Shown here one piece after another: positions 52,783-63,602 of a DNA stretch of 64,000 bases. The DNA is from Escherichia coli (GTDB taxonomy: Bacteria; Pseudomonadota; Gammaproteobacteria; Enterobacterales; Enterobacteriaceae): the NCBI RefSeq assembly GCF_001677475.2, contig NZ_CP015229.1; one strand, written 5' to 3'. Under the pieces are notes generated by a model that searched no databases, had not been told where the DNA came from, and saw nothing but the letters and a program-made list of their open reading frames with translations. Numbering within the stretch: the stretch's first letter is position 1; every line of letters begins with the position of its first letter. The position numbers were made by a program, and so were the translations under genes.

Positions 52783-53334
52783 ATGACTCAAGACTATGAA
52801 CTGGTTGTGAAAGGAGTTCGCAATTTTGAGAATAAAGTGGCGGTAACTGTAGCCTTACGGGACAAAAAACACTTTGACGGTGAAATTTTTGACCTGGACA
52901 TCTCGCTGGACCGTGTTGAAGGTGCCGCGCTGGAGTTTTATGAGGCAGCAGCCAGAAGGAGCATCAGACAGGTCTTCCTGGATGTTGCTGCCGGGTTATG
53001 TGAAGGGGATGAGCAGTCGCCGGAAAAGCGCCCCATAATTTTAGAGGCGCAGAATGTGTGGATAACCTACAAAGGAAAGCTACCGGGAAGAATTACTGGT
53101 TCTCTGAAGACGCCACCGACGGCATTGCGGTCAGAAAAAGATGATATTGAATCGCCCATTGAAAAACTGGAGGGCAGCGTCGCTGATCTGAATAAAAAAT
53201 TGTCGGTGCTGATTCCTTCTGAAGATGAAAAAAAACGCCGCGATGAGCAGTTTGCGGCGTTTTACGATTATTGCATTGAAGTTACTCGCAGGAATTTTGT
53301 GAAGATTTTTGAGGAGGGTAAATCTCTTCAGTAA
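52783..53334 (+). CDS. Hypothetical protein inserted between holin and endolysin (183 aa)
   Basis: ORF track 52762..53334; ATG at 52783 just after holin stop; no recognised domain. Confidence 0.45.
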   Translation: MTQDYELVVKGVRNFENKVAVTVALRDKKHFDGEIFDLDISLDRVEGAALEFYEAAARRSIRQVFLDVAAGLCEGDEQSPEKRPIILEAQNVWITYKGKLPGRITGSLKTPPTALRSEKDDIESPIEKLEGSVADLNKKLSVLIPSEDEKKRRDEQFAAFYDYCIEVTRRNFVKIFEEGKSLQ

Positions 53335-53542
53335 GCTTATTGGCGGACGCTGCAATTAATTCAGGAAGGTCCGCAAGGTCATCTGTCAGTGGATATGATG
53401 AAAAATCGGCGGCAGTTCTGTTAAGAAGCGCTTTAACTAATTCCTTTTCCTTCTCCGGCAACAAGTTGATTAGAGCTACGACTGCTTGCCTGAGTGCGAT
53501 TAAATCAGCAAAAGTTTGTTTTGGTAGATTTGTGTAATCCAT
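53282..53542 (-). CDS. Hypothetical acidic protein (86 aa), convergent with and overlapping the preceding gene
   Basis: ORF track; ATG at top with GAGG RBS; 3' end overlaps 3' end of 52783..53334 by ~50 nt. Confidence 0.4.
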   Translation of the reverse strand: MDYTNLPKQTFADLIALRQAVVALINLLPEKEKELVKALLNRTAADFSSYPLTDDLADLPELIAASANKLTEEIYPPQKSSQNSCE

Positions 53543-53655
53543 AGTCGCCTCGGTGTTTATCAGATTGACATCCTCCTCCCGCCAGTGCCCATCACTGGTG
53601 AGGTAAGATTTAACATATCCGGGGATTTGAAGCCGATAAATCCTGATAAATATCC

Positions 53656-54683
<1,028 letters not shown>

Positions 54684-55045
54684 ATTAATATTAAATCGGA
54701 TTATTTTTAGCGCTGAATGTGAAATTTAAATAAAAAGGACTCTTCCATGAGTCAAAATCCTTGAAATCTTAAGGGTAAGATAAAAGGTCATTAGACAGAA
54801 TGACACGTTTTATTAATAAATAAAGCTATTGTTTCATTCGTGTGTTTTTCTTTACAAAAGTAATCCTTGCTATGGTTGGTTAATCATGCGTTAATGGTGT
54901 TCTGGTTTGTTACAAAATTATCTGAAGCAGTCATTGTTATAATTTTATTATTTGTACCTCTTGAGATTTCCTTGTTGGTTTTTCTCTCTGATATTTTTTT
55001 CGGACCATTCTGCCCAAGGGCTAACTTCTTCAAAAGGTAATAATG

Positions 55046-55258
55046 ATGTCTAACAAAATGACTGGTTTAGTGAAATGGTTTAACCCTGAAAAAGGTTTTG
55101 GTTTCATCACGCCGAAAGATGGTAGCAAAGATGTGTTTGTCCATTTCTCAGCTATTCAGAGCAACGATTTCAAAACGTTAACTGAGAATCAGGAAGTCGA
55201 ATTTGGTATTGAGAACGGACCTAAAGGCCCCGCGGCTGTTCATGTTGTGGCACTTTGA
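55046..55258 (+). CDS. cspI: Cold-shock protein, CspI-like
   Basis: ORF track 55043..55258; [45 protein letters not shown]. Confidence 0.85.
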   Translation: MSNKMTGLVKWFNPEKGFGFITPKDGSKDVFVHFSAIQSNDFKTLTENQEVEFGIENGPKGPAAVHVVAL

Positions 55259-55457
55259 GGTAGAAAATATTACAAACCATATTCACTTTAGATGCCCGTG
55301 TTGCCATGGTTCTCAGTATAGAACATCATCTTTTGATGTTTCTGACAGGAATCCTTTCGGGGCAAAATGTATCTTTTGTAAATCAATGATGATTACATTT
55401 GATAATATTTCACAATACTTAAATGTTAGCCGTCTGTCGTTAGATTTAAGAAAGTGA
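55242..55457 (+). CDS. Hypothetical small zinc-ribbon protein overlapping cspI 3' end
   Basis: ORF track 55203..55457; internal Met gives [26 protein letters not shown]...CIFCKS. Confidence 0.3.
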   Translation: MLWHFEVENITNHIHFRCPCCHGSQYRTSSFDVSDRNPFGAKCIFCKSMMITFDNISQYLNVSRLSLDLRK

Positions 55458-55463
55458 AAATGA

Positions 55464-55486
55464 AGGCTCCTTCGGGAGCTTTTTTG
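55464..55486 (+). terminator. Intrinsic terminator
   Basis: aggctcc-ttcg-ggagctt then TTTTT. Confidence 0.7.
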
Positions 55487-55529
55487 CTTAGTGTCTAGTC
55501 GATGGATACTCACATATTACGGTAACATT

Positions 55530-55760
55530 ATGAAAAAAATAATAGTTTTTTTTAACTCTGAACCAGCAATGGTAGTGCCAGTGATGACCGGAGTTAACAC
55601 CATCATGCGTGAATATCCAAATGGCGAAACAACACACCTCACTGTAATGGCTGCAGGGTTTCCATCTCTGACCGGAGATCATAAAGTCATTTATGTAGCA
55701 GCGGATCGACATGTAACTTCAGAAGAAATTCTGGAAGCAGCAATGAGACTCTTGAATTGA
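55530..55760 (+). CDS. Hypothetical small protein (76 aa)
   Basis: ORF track 55491..55760 (GTG); first ATG gives MKKIIVFFNSEPAMVVPVMTGVNT...; weak RBS. Confidence 0.3.
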   Translation: MKKIIVFFNSEPAMVVPVMTGVNTIMREYPNGETTHLTVMAAGFPSLTGDHKVIYVAADRHVTSEEILEAAMRLLN

Positions 55761-55932
55761 TTTGATTCTAATGCATTGATAATAAATGATAATCATCTTT
55801 ATCTGTTTGTGTGAAATTTAGACCGTCGTATGTTGATTATTGCGATGTTTCATCTTATCTTTTATACGTTTGCTCCATATAATTGACACTACTGTGTACC
55901 AGGAAAGTCATAACAGACTAAAAGAGGAAATG

Positions 55933-56106
55933 ATGAACATTGAAGAGTTAAAAACAAAAACAGAAGCAGATATTTCTGAATATATAACAAAAAAAATCAT
56001 TGAGCTTAAGAAAAAGACCGGGAAAGAAGTTACCAGTATCCAGTTTACTGCACGGGAAAAAATGACTGGTCTTGAAAGCTATGATATCAAGATTGATTTA
56101 ATCTAG
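55933..56106 (+). CDS. gnsB: GnsA/GnsB-family protein
   Basis: ORF track 55840..56106; ATG with AAAGAGG RBS gives MNIEELKTKTEADISEYITKKIIELKKKTGKEVTSIQFTAREKMTGLESYDIKIDLI. Confidence 0.75.
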   Translation: MNIEELKTKTEADISEYITKKIIELKKKTGKEVTSIQFTAREKMTGLESYDIKIDLI

Positions 56107-56401
56107 TCTGTTTATAGTATTAGCATCAATTTCTTGTCAGATGCTATTCAACAATACAATTTACCCATAAACCTCGTTTTTACGGGGTTTTGTTATATTT
56201 AAACATTACCGAATAGATATAAATCTCGATAGTCGGTGGTATTGGTTGTGTGACAATACCTAGTCTTTTCGGTATGCCTGGAGAGAATACAAACGACAGA
56301 TTATGTAAGGGAAACGCGCTGAAACTTTCACACTTTCATGCTGAGTGATTTGACGTTATATTTTTAGCCGCAAGTGAAGAGCAAACGCATGGAGCGACAA
56401 A

Positions 56402-56608
56402 ATGCATAAAGATCAATACACTGATGACTCATCCCTGGATCAGGTCCGTGTAAAAACTATGCTCACTAGCACCATTTCTATGAGTTATCCGGATGTTGTA
56501 ATTGCATGTATAGAACATCAAGTGTCTCTGGAAGCATTCAGGGCAATTGAGGCAGCGTTGGTGAAGCACGATAAGAATTCGAAGGATTATTCCCTGGTGG
56601 TTGACTGA
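56402..56608 (+). CDS. Hypothetical small protein (68 aa)
   Basis: ORF track; ATG with GGAG RBS. Confidence 0.35.
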   Translation: MHKDQYTDDSSLDQVRVKTMLTSTISMSYPDVVIACIEHQVSLEAFRAIEAALVKHDKNSKDYSLVVD

Positions 56609-56858
56609 TCACCATAACTGCTAACCATTCAAACTATTTCACCTGTGACAGAGTCAATATCGCATTCTGTCACTGTCAGGCTAATACAGAACTACAATTC
56701 AACTACTGCAATGCCTCGTAATTAGGTGAATTTACAATATCGTCCTGTTCGGATGCCAACTGCATTTCTGAGGATAAGGCGTTTATGACTCACATATTTG
56801 TCCCACACGCTCGCCAGTCCTGTGCGGGGTGGGAGGGGAGGTAAAGAAACCGGGATGT

Positions 56859-57053
56859 TCATCCATCATCACTTTGGATTGATGTATATGCTCTCTTTTC
56901 TGACGTTAGTCTCCGACGGCAGGCTTCAATGACCCAGGCTGAGAAATTCCCAGACCCTTTTTGCTCAAGAGCGATGTTAATTTGTTCAATCATTTGGTTA
57001 GGAAAGCGGATGTTGCGGGTTGTTGTTCTGCAGGTTCTGTTCTTCGTTGACAT
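56859..57053 (-). CDS. Small basic ribbon-helix-helix-like protein next to cos
   Basis: ORF track 64 aa, MSTKNRTCRTTTRNIRFPNQMIEQINIALEQKGSGNFSAWVIEACRRRL; matches my recollection of the small ORF adjacent to cos in lambda. Confidence 0.55.
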   Translation of the reverse strand: MSTKNRTCRTTTRNIRFPNQMIEQINIALEQKGSGNFSAWVIEACRRRLTSEKRAYTSIQSDDG

Positions 57054-57252
57054 GAGGTTGCCCCGTATTCAGTGTCGCTGATTTGTATTGTCTGAAGTTG
57101 TTTTTACGTTAAGTTGATGCAGATCAATTAATACGATACCTGCGTCATAATTGATTATTTGACGTGGTTTGATGGCGTAGATGCACGTTGTGACATGTAG
57201 ATGATAATTATTATCATTTTGCGGGTCCTTTCCGGCGATCCGACAGGTTACG

Positions 57253-57264
57253 GGGCGGCGACCT
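57253..57264 (+). other. cosN cohesive-end site, lambda type (GGGCGGCGACCT); cosB expected just downstream
   Basis: Exact 12-nt lambda cohesive-end sequence, flanked by ...caggttacg and cgcggtttttcgctatttatga as at lambda genome ends; ~220 bp upstream of the small terminase gene. Confidence 0.8.
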
Positions 57265-57480
57265 CGCGGTTTTTCGCTATTTATGAGATTTTTTGAGGGG
57301 GTGGTTGTTGTTTAATTGTTTGGTATATCTAATTGATAAGTAAGGTGAAAATAAAATAAATACAACAACCTTACGATGTGCTTTGATGTCATTAATGTGA
57401 AAAAATTAAATGATATCAAATGGTTTTGTAAAAACACATGGTTGTTGTATCGCTTTTTATCGATGACTTATGGAGAGGAG

Positions 57481-57987
57481 ATGGCCTTTTTATTGAATAA
57501 AAGTGATATGGCCTCCTCCATCGGTATCTCTGTTCAGGCATTTGATAAATGGGGCGTTCCTCCTGTCGAGCGTCGGGGGAGGGAAGTTTTTTATGACGTT
57601 AAAACTGTACTGGAGATAGATCGCGAGCGGCGACAACACAATCATAGAACACCTGATGACGGGGGCGATCTGGAGGAAAGGCTGCTTCGGGCCAGAGCTG
57701 AACTGACAGAAGAACAGGCCGTAGCTCAAAAACTTAAAAATCAGGTAACCGAAGGTAAGCTCATCGATTCAGACTTCTGCGTTTTCGCCCTCAGCAAGCT
57801 GGCGATGGCATTGTCCAGTACGCTTGATTCTATTCCGTTATCCATGCAGCGACAGTTCCCGGATTTAACGCCACGTCATCTTGACCATCTGAAAACCCTT
57901 ATTGCGAAGGGCGCAAATCAGTGTGCGCGGGCAGGGGATAAATTACCGGATTTGCTGGATGAATATATCAGAGCAACAACTGAATAA
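57481..57987 (+). CDS. nu1: Terminase small subunit (Nu1-like)
   Basis: ORF track 57376..57987; ATG with GGAGAGGAG RBS; VFYDVKTVLE...FCVFALSKLAMALSSTLDSIPLSMQRQFPDLTPRHLDHLK close to lambda Nu1. Confidence 0.85.
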   Translation: MAFLLNKSDMASSIGISVQAFDKWGVPPVERRGREVFYDVKTVLEIDRERRQHNHRTPDDGGDLEERLLRARAELTEEQAVAQKLKNQVTEGKLIDSDFCVFALSKLAMALSSTLDSIPLSMQRQFPDLTPRHLDHLKTLIAKGANQCARAGDKLPDLLDEYIRATTE

Positions 57988-59887
57988 TCTGATGGCTGCC
58001 GTTTCGGTTGCGCTGCAGCCTCTGGTCAGGGTTGTACCGATGACGGCAGTTGAATGGGCTGACCAGTATTATTATCTGCCGAAAGAATCCTCATACGGTG
58101 ACGGCGAATGGAAAACGCTGCCGTTCCAGATCGCCATCATGAACAGTATGGGGAATGATCAGATCCGCACTGTTAATCTGATTAAATCTGCCCGTGTTGG
58201 CTATACAAAGATGTTGCTGGGGGTGGTCGGGTATTTTATTGAGCATAAATCCCGAAACAGTCTGCTTTTTCAGCCCACGGATTCTGCCGCTGAAGATTTT
58301 ATGAAGTCTCACGTGGAGACGACGATTAGGGACGTGCCATGCCTGAAAGACCTTTCCCCATGGCTGGGTCGTAAACATCGTGATAATACCCTCACGCTGA
58401 AACGCTTTTCATCGGGCGTCGGTTTCTGGTGCCTGGGCGGCGCTGCCGCCAAAAACTACCGTGAAAAATCCGTGGATGTGGTCTGCTATGACGAACTTTC
58501 CTCGTTCGAACCGGATGTTGAAAAAGAGGGTTCGCCAACCCTGCTGGGGGATAAACGTATTGAGGGCTCTGTATGGCCAAAATCCATTCGCGGCTCGACG
58601 CCTAAAATCAAAGGCTCCTGCCAGATCGAAAAAGCCGCTAACGAGTCGGCACATTTCATGCGTTTTTATGTGCCCTGTCCGCACTGTGGGGGGGAGCAGT
58701 ATCTGAAATTTGGCGATGATGCCTCGCCTTTCGGTCTTAAGTGGGAGAAGAATAAGCCAGAAAGTGTTTTCTACCTTTGTGAGCATCATGGCTGTGTGAT
58801 CCATCAGTCTGAGCTTGACCAGAGTAACGGGCGGTGGATCTGTGAAAACACGGGCATGTGGACCCGTGACGGCCTGATGTTTTTCAGCGCCCGGGGTGAT
58901 GAAATTCCGCCGCCGCGCTCCATCACTTTCCATATCTGGACGGCGTACAGTCCGTTCACCACCTGGGTACAGATTGTCTATGACTGGCTGGATGCACTGA
59001 AAGATCCCAACGGCCTGAAAACCTTTGTGAACACCACGCTGGGCGAGACCTACGAAGAGGCCGTGGGCGAAAAACTCGATCACCAGGTACTGATGGATAA
59101 GGTTGTGCGTTACACGGCGGCGGTGCCTGCCCGGGTGGTTTATCTGACGGCCGGCATTGACTCGCAGCGAAACCGTTTTGAGATGTATGTCTGGGGATGG
59201 GCTCCGGGAGAGGAAGCCTTTCTGGTGGATAAAATCATCATTATGGGGCGTCCCGATGAGGAAGAGACGCTGTTACGTGTGGATGCGGCGATCAACAAAA
59301 AATACCGCCATGCAGACGGAACCGAAATGACCATTTCCCGTGTCTGCTGGGACATCGGGGGGATCGATGGCGAAATCGTTTATCAGAGGTCAAAAAAACA
59401 CGGTGTTTTCCGGGTGCTGCCGGTAAAAGGCGCATCTGTCTATGGCAAGCCGGTGATCACCATGCCAAAAACCCGCAATCAGCGGGGCGTGTATCTGTGT
59501 GAAGTGGGGACGGACACCGCAAAAGAAATTCTCTATGCCCGTATGAGAGCCGATCCCACGCCTGCGGATGAAGCCACGTCGTATGCCATCCGTTTTCCTG
59601 ATGATCCGGAGATTTTTTCGCAGACAGAGGCGCAGCAACTGGTGGCGGAAGAGCTTGTGGAGAAGTGGGAAAAAGGAAAGATGCGTCTGCTGTGGGATAA
59701 CAAAAAGCGGCGTAACGAAGCGCTGGACTGCCTGGTGTATGCCTACGCGGCATTACGTGTGTCCGTGCAACGTTGGCAGCTTGATCTGGCTGTACTGGCA
59801 AAATCCCGGGAAGAAGAGACGACCCGGCCAACCCTTAAAGAACTGGCAGCGAAGCTGTCCGGAGGAGTGAATGGTTACAGTCGCTGA
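57959..59887 (+). CDS. A: Terminase large subunit (gpA-like)
   Basis: ORF track 57902..59887; start MNISEQQLNNL; strong similarity to lambda gpA as recalled (AVEWADQYYYLPKESSYGDGEWKTLPFQ, SPFTTWVQIV). Confidence 0.9.
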   Translation: MNISEQQLNNLMAAVSVALQPLVRVVPMTAVEWADQYYYLPKESSYGDGEWKTLPFQIAIMNSMGNDQIRTVNLIKSARVGYTKMLLGVVGYFIEHKSRNSLLFQPTDSAAEDFMKSHVETTIRDVPCLKDLSPWLGRKHRDNTLTLKRFSSGVGFWCLGGAAAKNYREKSVDVVCYDELSSFEPDVEKEGSPTLLGDKRIEGSVWPKSIRGSTPKIKGSCQIEKAANESAHFMRFYVPCPHCGGEQYLKFGDDASPFGLKWEKNKPESVFYLCEHHGCVIHQSELDQSNGRWICENTGMWTRDGLMFFSARGDEIPPPRSITFHIWTAYSPFTTWVQIVYDWLDALKDPNGLKTFVNTTLGETYEEAVGEKLDHQVLMDKVVRYTAAVPARVVYLTAGIDSQRNRFEMYVWGWAPGEEAFLVDKIIIMGRPDEEETLLRVDAAINKKYRHADGTEMTISRVCWDIGGIDGEIVYQRSKKHGVFRVLPVKGASVYGKPVITMPKTRNQRGVYLCEVGTDTAKEILYARMRADPTPADEATSYAIRFPDDPEIFSQTEAQQLVAEELVEKWEKGKMRLLWDNKKRRNEALDCLVYAYAALRVSVQRWQLDLAVLAKSREEETTRPTLKELAAKLSGGVNGYSR

Positions 59888-60077
59888 ACTGCAGGCGCTG
59901 CGTCAGGCGCGCCTTGATTTATTAACCGGTAAACGGGTGGTGTCTGTCCAGAAAGATGGTCGCAGAATTGAATATACGGCGGCTTCTCTGGATGAGCTTA
60001 ACCGGGCGATCAATGATGCGGAGTCGGTACTGGGGACAACCCGACGTCGCCGTCGTCCGCTGGGAGTGAGGTTATGA
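59871..60077 (+). CDS. W: Head-tail joining protein (gpW-like)
   Basis: ORF track 68 aa; LTGKRVVSVQKDGRRIEYTAASLDELNRAINDAE. Confidence 0.8.
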   Translation: MVTVAELQALRQARLDLLTGKRVVSVQKDGRRIEYTAASLDELNRAINDAESVLGTTRRRRRPLGVRL

Positions 60078-61666
60078 AACGAACGCCTGTCCTGATTGAT
60101 GTGAACGGTGTTCCGCTTCGTGAGAGTCTCAGCTACAACGGGGGCGGCGCAGGATTTGGCGGGCAAATGGCGGAGTGGTTGCCACCGGCGCAGAGTGCCG
60201 ATGCGGCCCTGCTGCCCGCGTTGCGTCTGGGGAATGCCCGGGCAGATGATCTGGTGCGCAATAACGGAATAGCGGCTAATGCGGTTGCCCTGCATAAGGA
60301 TCACATTGTCGGGCATATGTTTCTGATCAGCTACCGTCCGAACTGGCGCTGGCTGGGGATGCGGGAGACCGCAGCAAAAAGCTTTGTCGATGAGGTGGAG
60401 GCGTCCTGGTCGGAATACGCCGAAGGGATGTTTGGCGAGATCGACGTGGAAGGAAAACGCACGTTCACGGAATTTATCCGTGAAGGTGTGGGCGTTCATG
60501 CGTTTAACGGCGAAATCTTTGTGCAGCCGGTCTGGGATACGGAAACCACGCAGTTATTCCGTACGCGTTTTAAAGCTGTGAGTCCGAAACGGGTGGACAC
60601 GCCTGGACACGGTATGGGGAACCGTTTTCTGCGGGCCGGTGTGGAGGTCGATCGATATGGCCGTGCCGTCGCGTACCATATCTGTGAGGATGATTTTCCG
60701 TTCTCTGGTAGTGGACGATGGGAACGGATCCCGCGTGAACTTCCCACCGGGCGTCCGGCCATGCTGCATATTTTCGAGCCGGTGGAGGACGGGCAGACCC
60801 GTGGGGCTAATCAGTTTTACAGCGTCATGGAACGGCTGAAGATGCTCGATTCCCTGCAGGCAACACAGCTTCAGTCGGCCATAGTGAAGGCGATGTATGC
60901 AGCGACGATTGAAAGTGAACTTGATACCGAAAAGGCCTTTGAATATATCGCCGGCGCGCCACAGGAGCAGAAGGATAATCCGCTTATTAATATTCTGGAG
61001 AAGTTCTCCAGCTGGTATGACACGAATAACGTGACACTGGGCGGAGTCAAAATTCCGCACCTTTTCCCTGGTGATGATCTGAAACTACAGACTGCGCAGG
61101 ATTCAGACAATGGATTTTCTGCACTTGAACAGGCGCTGCTGCGGTATATCGCCGCCGGTCTTGGCGTTTCCTACGAACAGTTGTCCCGTGATTACTCGAA
61201 GGTCAGTTACTCAAGTGCCCGCGCCTCCGCCAATGAGTCGTGGCGCTATTTTATGGGGCGGCGAAAATTTATTGCGGCCCGGCTGGCCACGCAGATGTTT
61301 TCCTGCTGGCTGGAAGAGGCACTTCTTCGGGGGATTATTCGTCCGCCACGGGCACGTTTTGATTTTTATCAGGCGCGATCAGCCTGGTCACGGGCAGAGT
61401 GGATTGGTGCCGGAAGAATGGCCATTGACGGGCTCAAGGAAGTCCAGGAATCAGTGATGCGCATTGAGGCCGGACTGAGCACGTATGAGAAAGAGCTGGC
61501 GCTAATGGGCGAGGATTATCAGGACATTTTCCGCCAGCAGGTCAGGGAATCTGCAGAGCGGCAAAAAGCCGGACTCTCACGTCCGGTGTGGATATCGCAG
61601 GCGTATCAGCAGCAGATAGCGGAGAGTCGCAGGCCGGAAGAGGAGACAACACCACGTGAGACGTAA
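60074..61666 (+). CDS. B: Portal protein (gpB-like)
   Basis: ORF track 530 aa; position after W and before protease; lambda-like. Confidence 0.85.
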   Translation: MKRTPVLIDVNGVPLRESLSYNGGGAGFGGQMAEWLPPAQSADAALLPALRLGNARADDLVRNNGIAANAVALHKDHIVGHMFLISYRPNWRWLGMRETAAKSFVDEVEASWSEYAEGMFGEIDVEGKRTFTEFIREGVGVHAFNGEIFVQPVWDTETTQLFRTRFKAVSPKRVDTPGHGMGNRFLRAGVEVDRYGRAVAYHICEDDFPFSGSGRWERIPRELPTGRPAMLHIFEPVEDGQTRGANQFYSVMERLKMLDSLQATQLQSAIVKAMYAATIESELDTEKAFEYIAGAPQEQKDNPLINILEKFSSWYDTNNVTLGGVKIPHLFPGDDLKLQTAQDSDNGFSALEQALLRYIAAGLGVSYEQLSRDYSKVSYSSARASANESWRYFMGRRKFIAARLATQMFSCWLEEALLRGIIRPPRARFDFYQARSAWSRAEWIGAGRMAIDGLKEVQESVMRIEAGLSTYEKELALMGEDYQDIFRQQVRESAERQKAGLSRPVWISQAYQQQIAESRRPEEETTPRET

Positions 61667-63161
61667 TCTTTCACACATTATTGCCGCAGCATTCAATGAA
61701 CCGCTGCTTCTGGAGCCCGCCTATGCGCGGGTTTTCTTTTGCGCGCTCGGGCGCGAGATGGGGGCAGCAAGTCTTTCGGTACCACAACAACAGGTACAGC
61801 TTGATGCTCCCGGAATGCTGGCTGAAACGGACGAGTATATGGCCGGAGGTAAACGACCGGCCCGTGTTTACCGGGTGGTGAACGGTATTGCTGTACTGCC
61901 GGTGACCGGCACGCTGGTGCACCGGCTGGGTGGTATGCGGCCATTTTCCGGAATGACAGGCTATGACGGCATTGTCGCCTGTCTTCAGCAGGCAATGGCG
62001 GATAGCCAGGTGCGGGGCGTACTGCTGGACATTGACAGTCCGGGCGGGCAGGCCGCCGGCGCGTTTGACTGCGCTGACATGATTTACCGCCTCCGTCAGC
62101 AGAAGCCGGTCTGGGCACTGTGCAATGACACGGCCTGTTCTGCAGCCATGCTGCTGGCGTCGGCCTGCTCCCGACGGCTGGTTACCCAGACATCCCGTAT
62201 CGGCTCCATTGGCGTGATGATGAGCCATGTCAGCTATGCCGGTCATCTGGCGCAGGCCGGTGTGGATATCACGCTGATTTACTCAGGGGCGCACAAGGTG
62301 GATGGCAATCAGTTTGAAGCGTTGCCGGCAGAGGTTCGCCAGGACATGCAGCAGCGGATTGATGCGGCGCGCCGGATGTTTGCCGAAAAAGTGGCGATGT
62401 ATACCGGTCTGTCTGTTGATGCCATCACGGGAACAGAGGCTGCCGTTTTTGAAGGTCAGTCCGGCATTGAGGCCGGGCTGGCGGATGAATTAATCAATGC
62501 GTCGGATGCCATCAGTGTGATGGCCACGGCGCTGAACAGTAATGTCAGAGGAGGCACTATGCCGCAATTAACTGCAACGGAAGCCGCCGCGCAGGAGAAC
62601 CAGCGAGTGATGGGGAGCCTGACATGCCAGGAAGCGAAAGGACGTGAACAGCTTGCCACGATGCTGGCAGGACAACAGGGCATGAGCGTTGAACAGGCCC
62701 GGGCGATTCTGGCCGCGGCGGCACCGCAGCAGCCGGTGGCATCCACGCAGAGTGAAGCCGATCGCATTATGGCGTGTGAAGAAGCGAACGGTCGTGAACA
62801 ACTGGCGGCAACGCTGGCGGCGATGCCGGAGATGACGGTGGAAAAAGCCCGCCCGATCCTGGCTGCTTCACCGCAGGCGGATGCCGGACCATCACTCCGT
62901 GATCAGATCATGGCACTGGATGAGGCAAAAGGGGCTGAGGCGCAGGCTGAACAGCTGGCTGCCTGCCCGGGAATGACAGTGGAGAGCGCCCGGGCTGTGC
63001 TGGCTGCGGGATCAGGTAAGGCAGAACCGGTCTCTGCATCCACAACCGCCATGTTTGAACATTTCATGGCGAACCATTCACCGGCAGCGGTACAGGGTGG
63101 CGTGGCACAGACGTCAGCAGACGGTGATGCGGACGTGAAAATGCTCATGGCCATGCCATGA
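61656..63161 (+). CDS. C: Head maturation protease / scaffold (gpC with Nu3-like C-terminal region; S49 family)
   Basis: ORF track 501 aa; S49 peptidase core; C-terminal third has three tandem ~40-aa repeats. Confidence 0.8.
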   Translation: MRRNLSHIIAAAFNEPLLLEPAYARVFFCALGREMGAASLSVPQQQVQLDAPGMLAETDEYMAGGKRPARVYRVVNGIAVLPVTGTLVHRLGGMRPFSGMTGYDGIVACLQQAMADSQVRGVLLDIDSPGGQAAGAFDCADMIYRLRQQKPVWALCNDTACSAAMLLASACSRRLVTQTSRIGSIGVMMSHVSYAGHLAQAGVDITLIYSGAHKVDGNQFEALPAEVRQDMQQRIDAARRMFAEKVAMYTGLSVDAITGTEAAVFEGQSGIEAGLADELINASDAISVMATALNSNVRGGTMPQLTATEAAAQENQRVMGSLTCQEAKGREQLATMLAGQQGMSVEQARAILAAAAPQQPVASTQSEADRIMACEEANGREQLAATLAAMPEMTVEKARPILAASPQADAGPSLRDQIMALDEAKGAEAQAEQLAACPGMTVESARAVLAAGSGKAEPVSASTTAMFEHFMANHSPAAVQGGVAQTSADGDADVKMLMAMP

Positions 63162-63197
63162 AGTCAGTGCTGACCATCAATAGGAGGTTTTTACAAT

Positions 63198-63545
63198 ATG
63201 GTGACGAAAACCATCACTGAACAGCGTGCGGAAGTACGTATTTTTGCCGGTAATGATCCGGCTCATACCGCCACAGGCAGCAGCGGGATTTCTCAGGCAA
63301 CACCGGCACTGACGCCCCTGATGCTGGATGAGTCTACCGGGAAACTGGTGGTCTGGGACGGACAGAAAGCCGGTAGTGCGGCTGGCATACTGGTACTGCC
63401 GCTTGAAGGCACAGAGACGGTGCTGACGTATTACAAGTCGGGAACCTTTGCGACGGAGGCAATCCACTGGCCTGAAAGTGTGGATGAACACAAAAAGGCC
63501 AACGCCTTTGCCGGCAGTGCCCTGAGTCACGCGGCGCTGCCGTAA
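63198..63545 (+). CDS. D: Head decoration protein (gpD-like)
   Basis: ORF track 115 aa; MVTKTITEQRAEVRIFAGNDPAHTATGSSG... Confidence 0.85.
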   Translation: MVTKTITEQRAEVRIFAGNDPAHTATGSSGISQATPALTPLMLDESTGKLVVWDGQKAGSAAGILVLPLEGTETVLTYYKSGTFATEAIHWPESVDEHKKANAFAGSALSHAALP

Positions 63546-63602
63546 CACGTTATCAGGCCACCGCGGTGGCCTGACTGATTTCTGAATGAAAGGAACTGAT
63601 TT

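Noticed and set aside
53340-53537. 65-aa plus-strand ORF
   Set aside because: Entirely antisense to the better-supported 86-aa minus-strand gene, which has an RBS.
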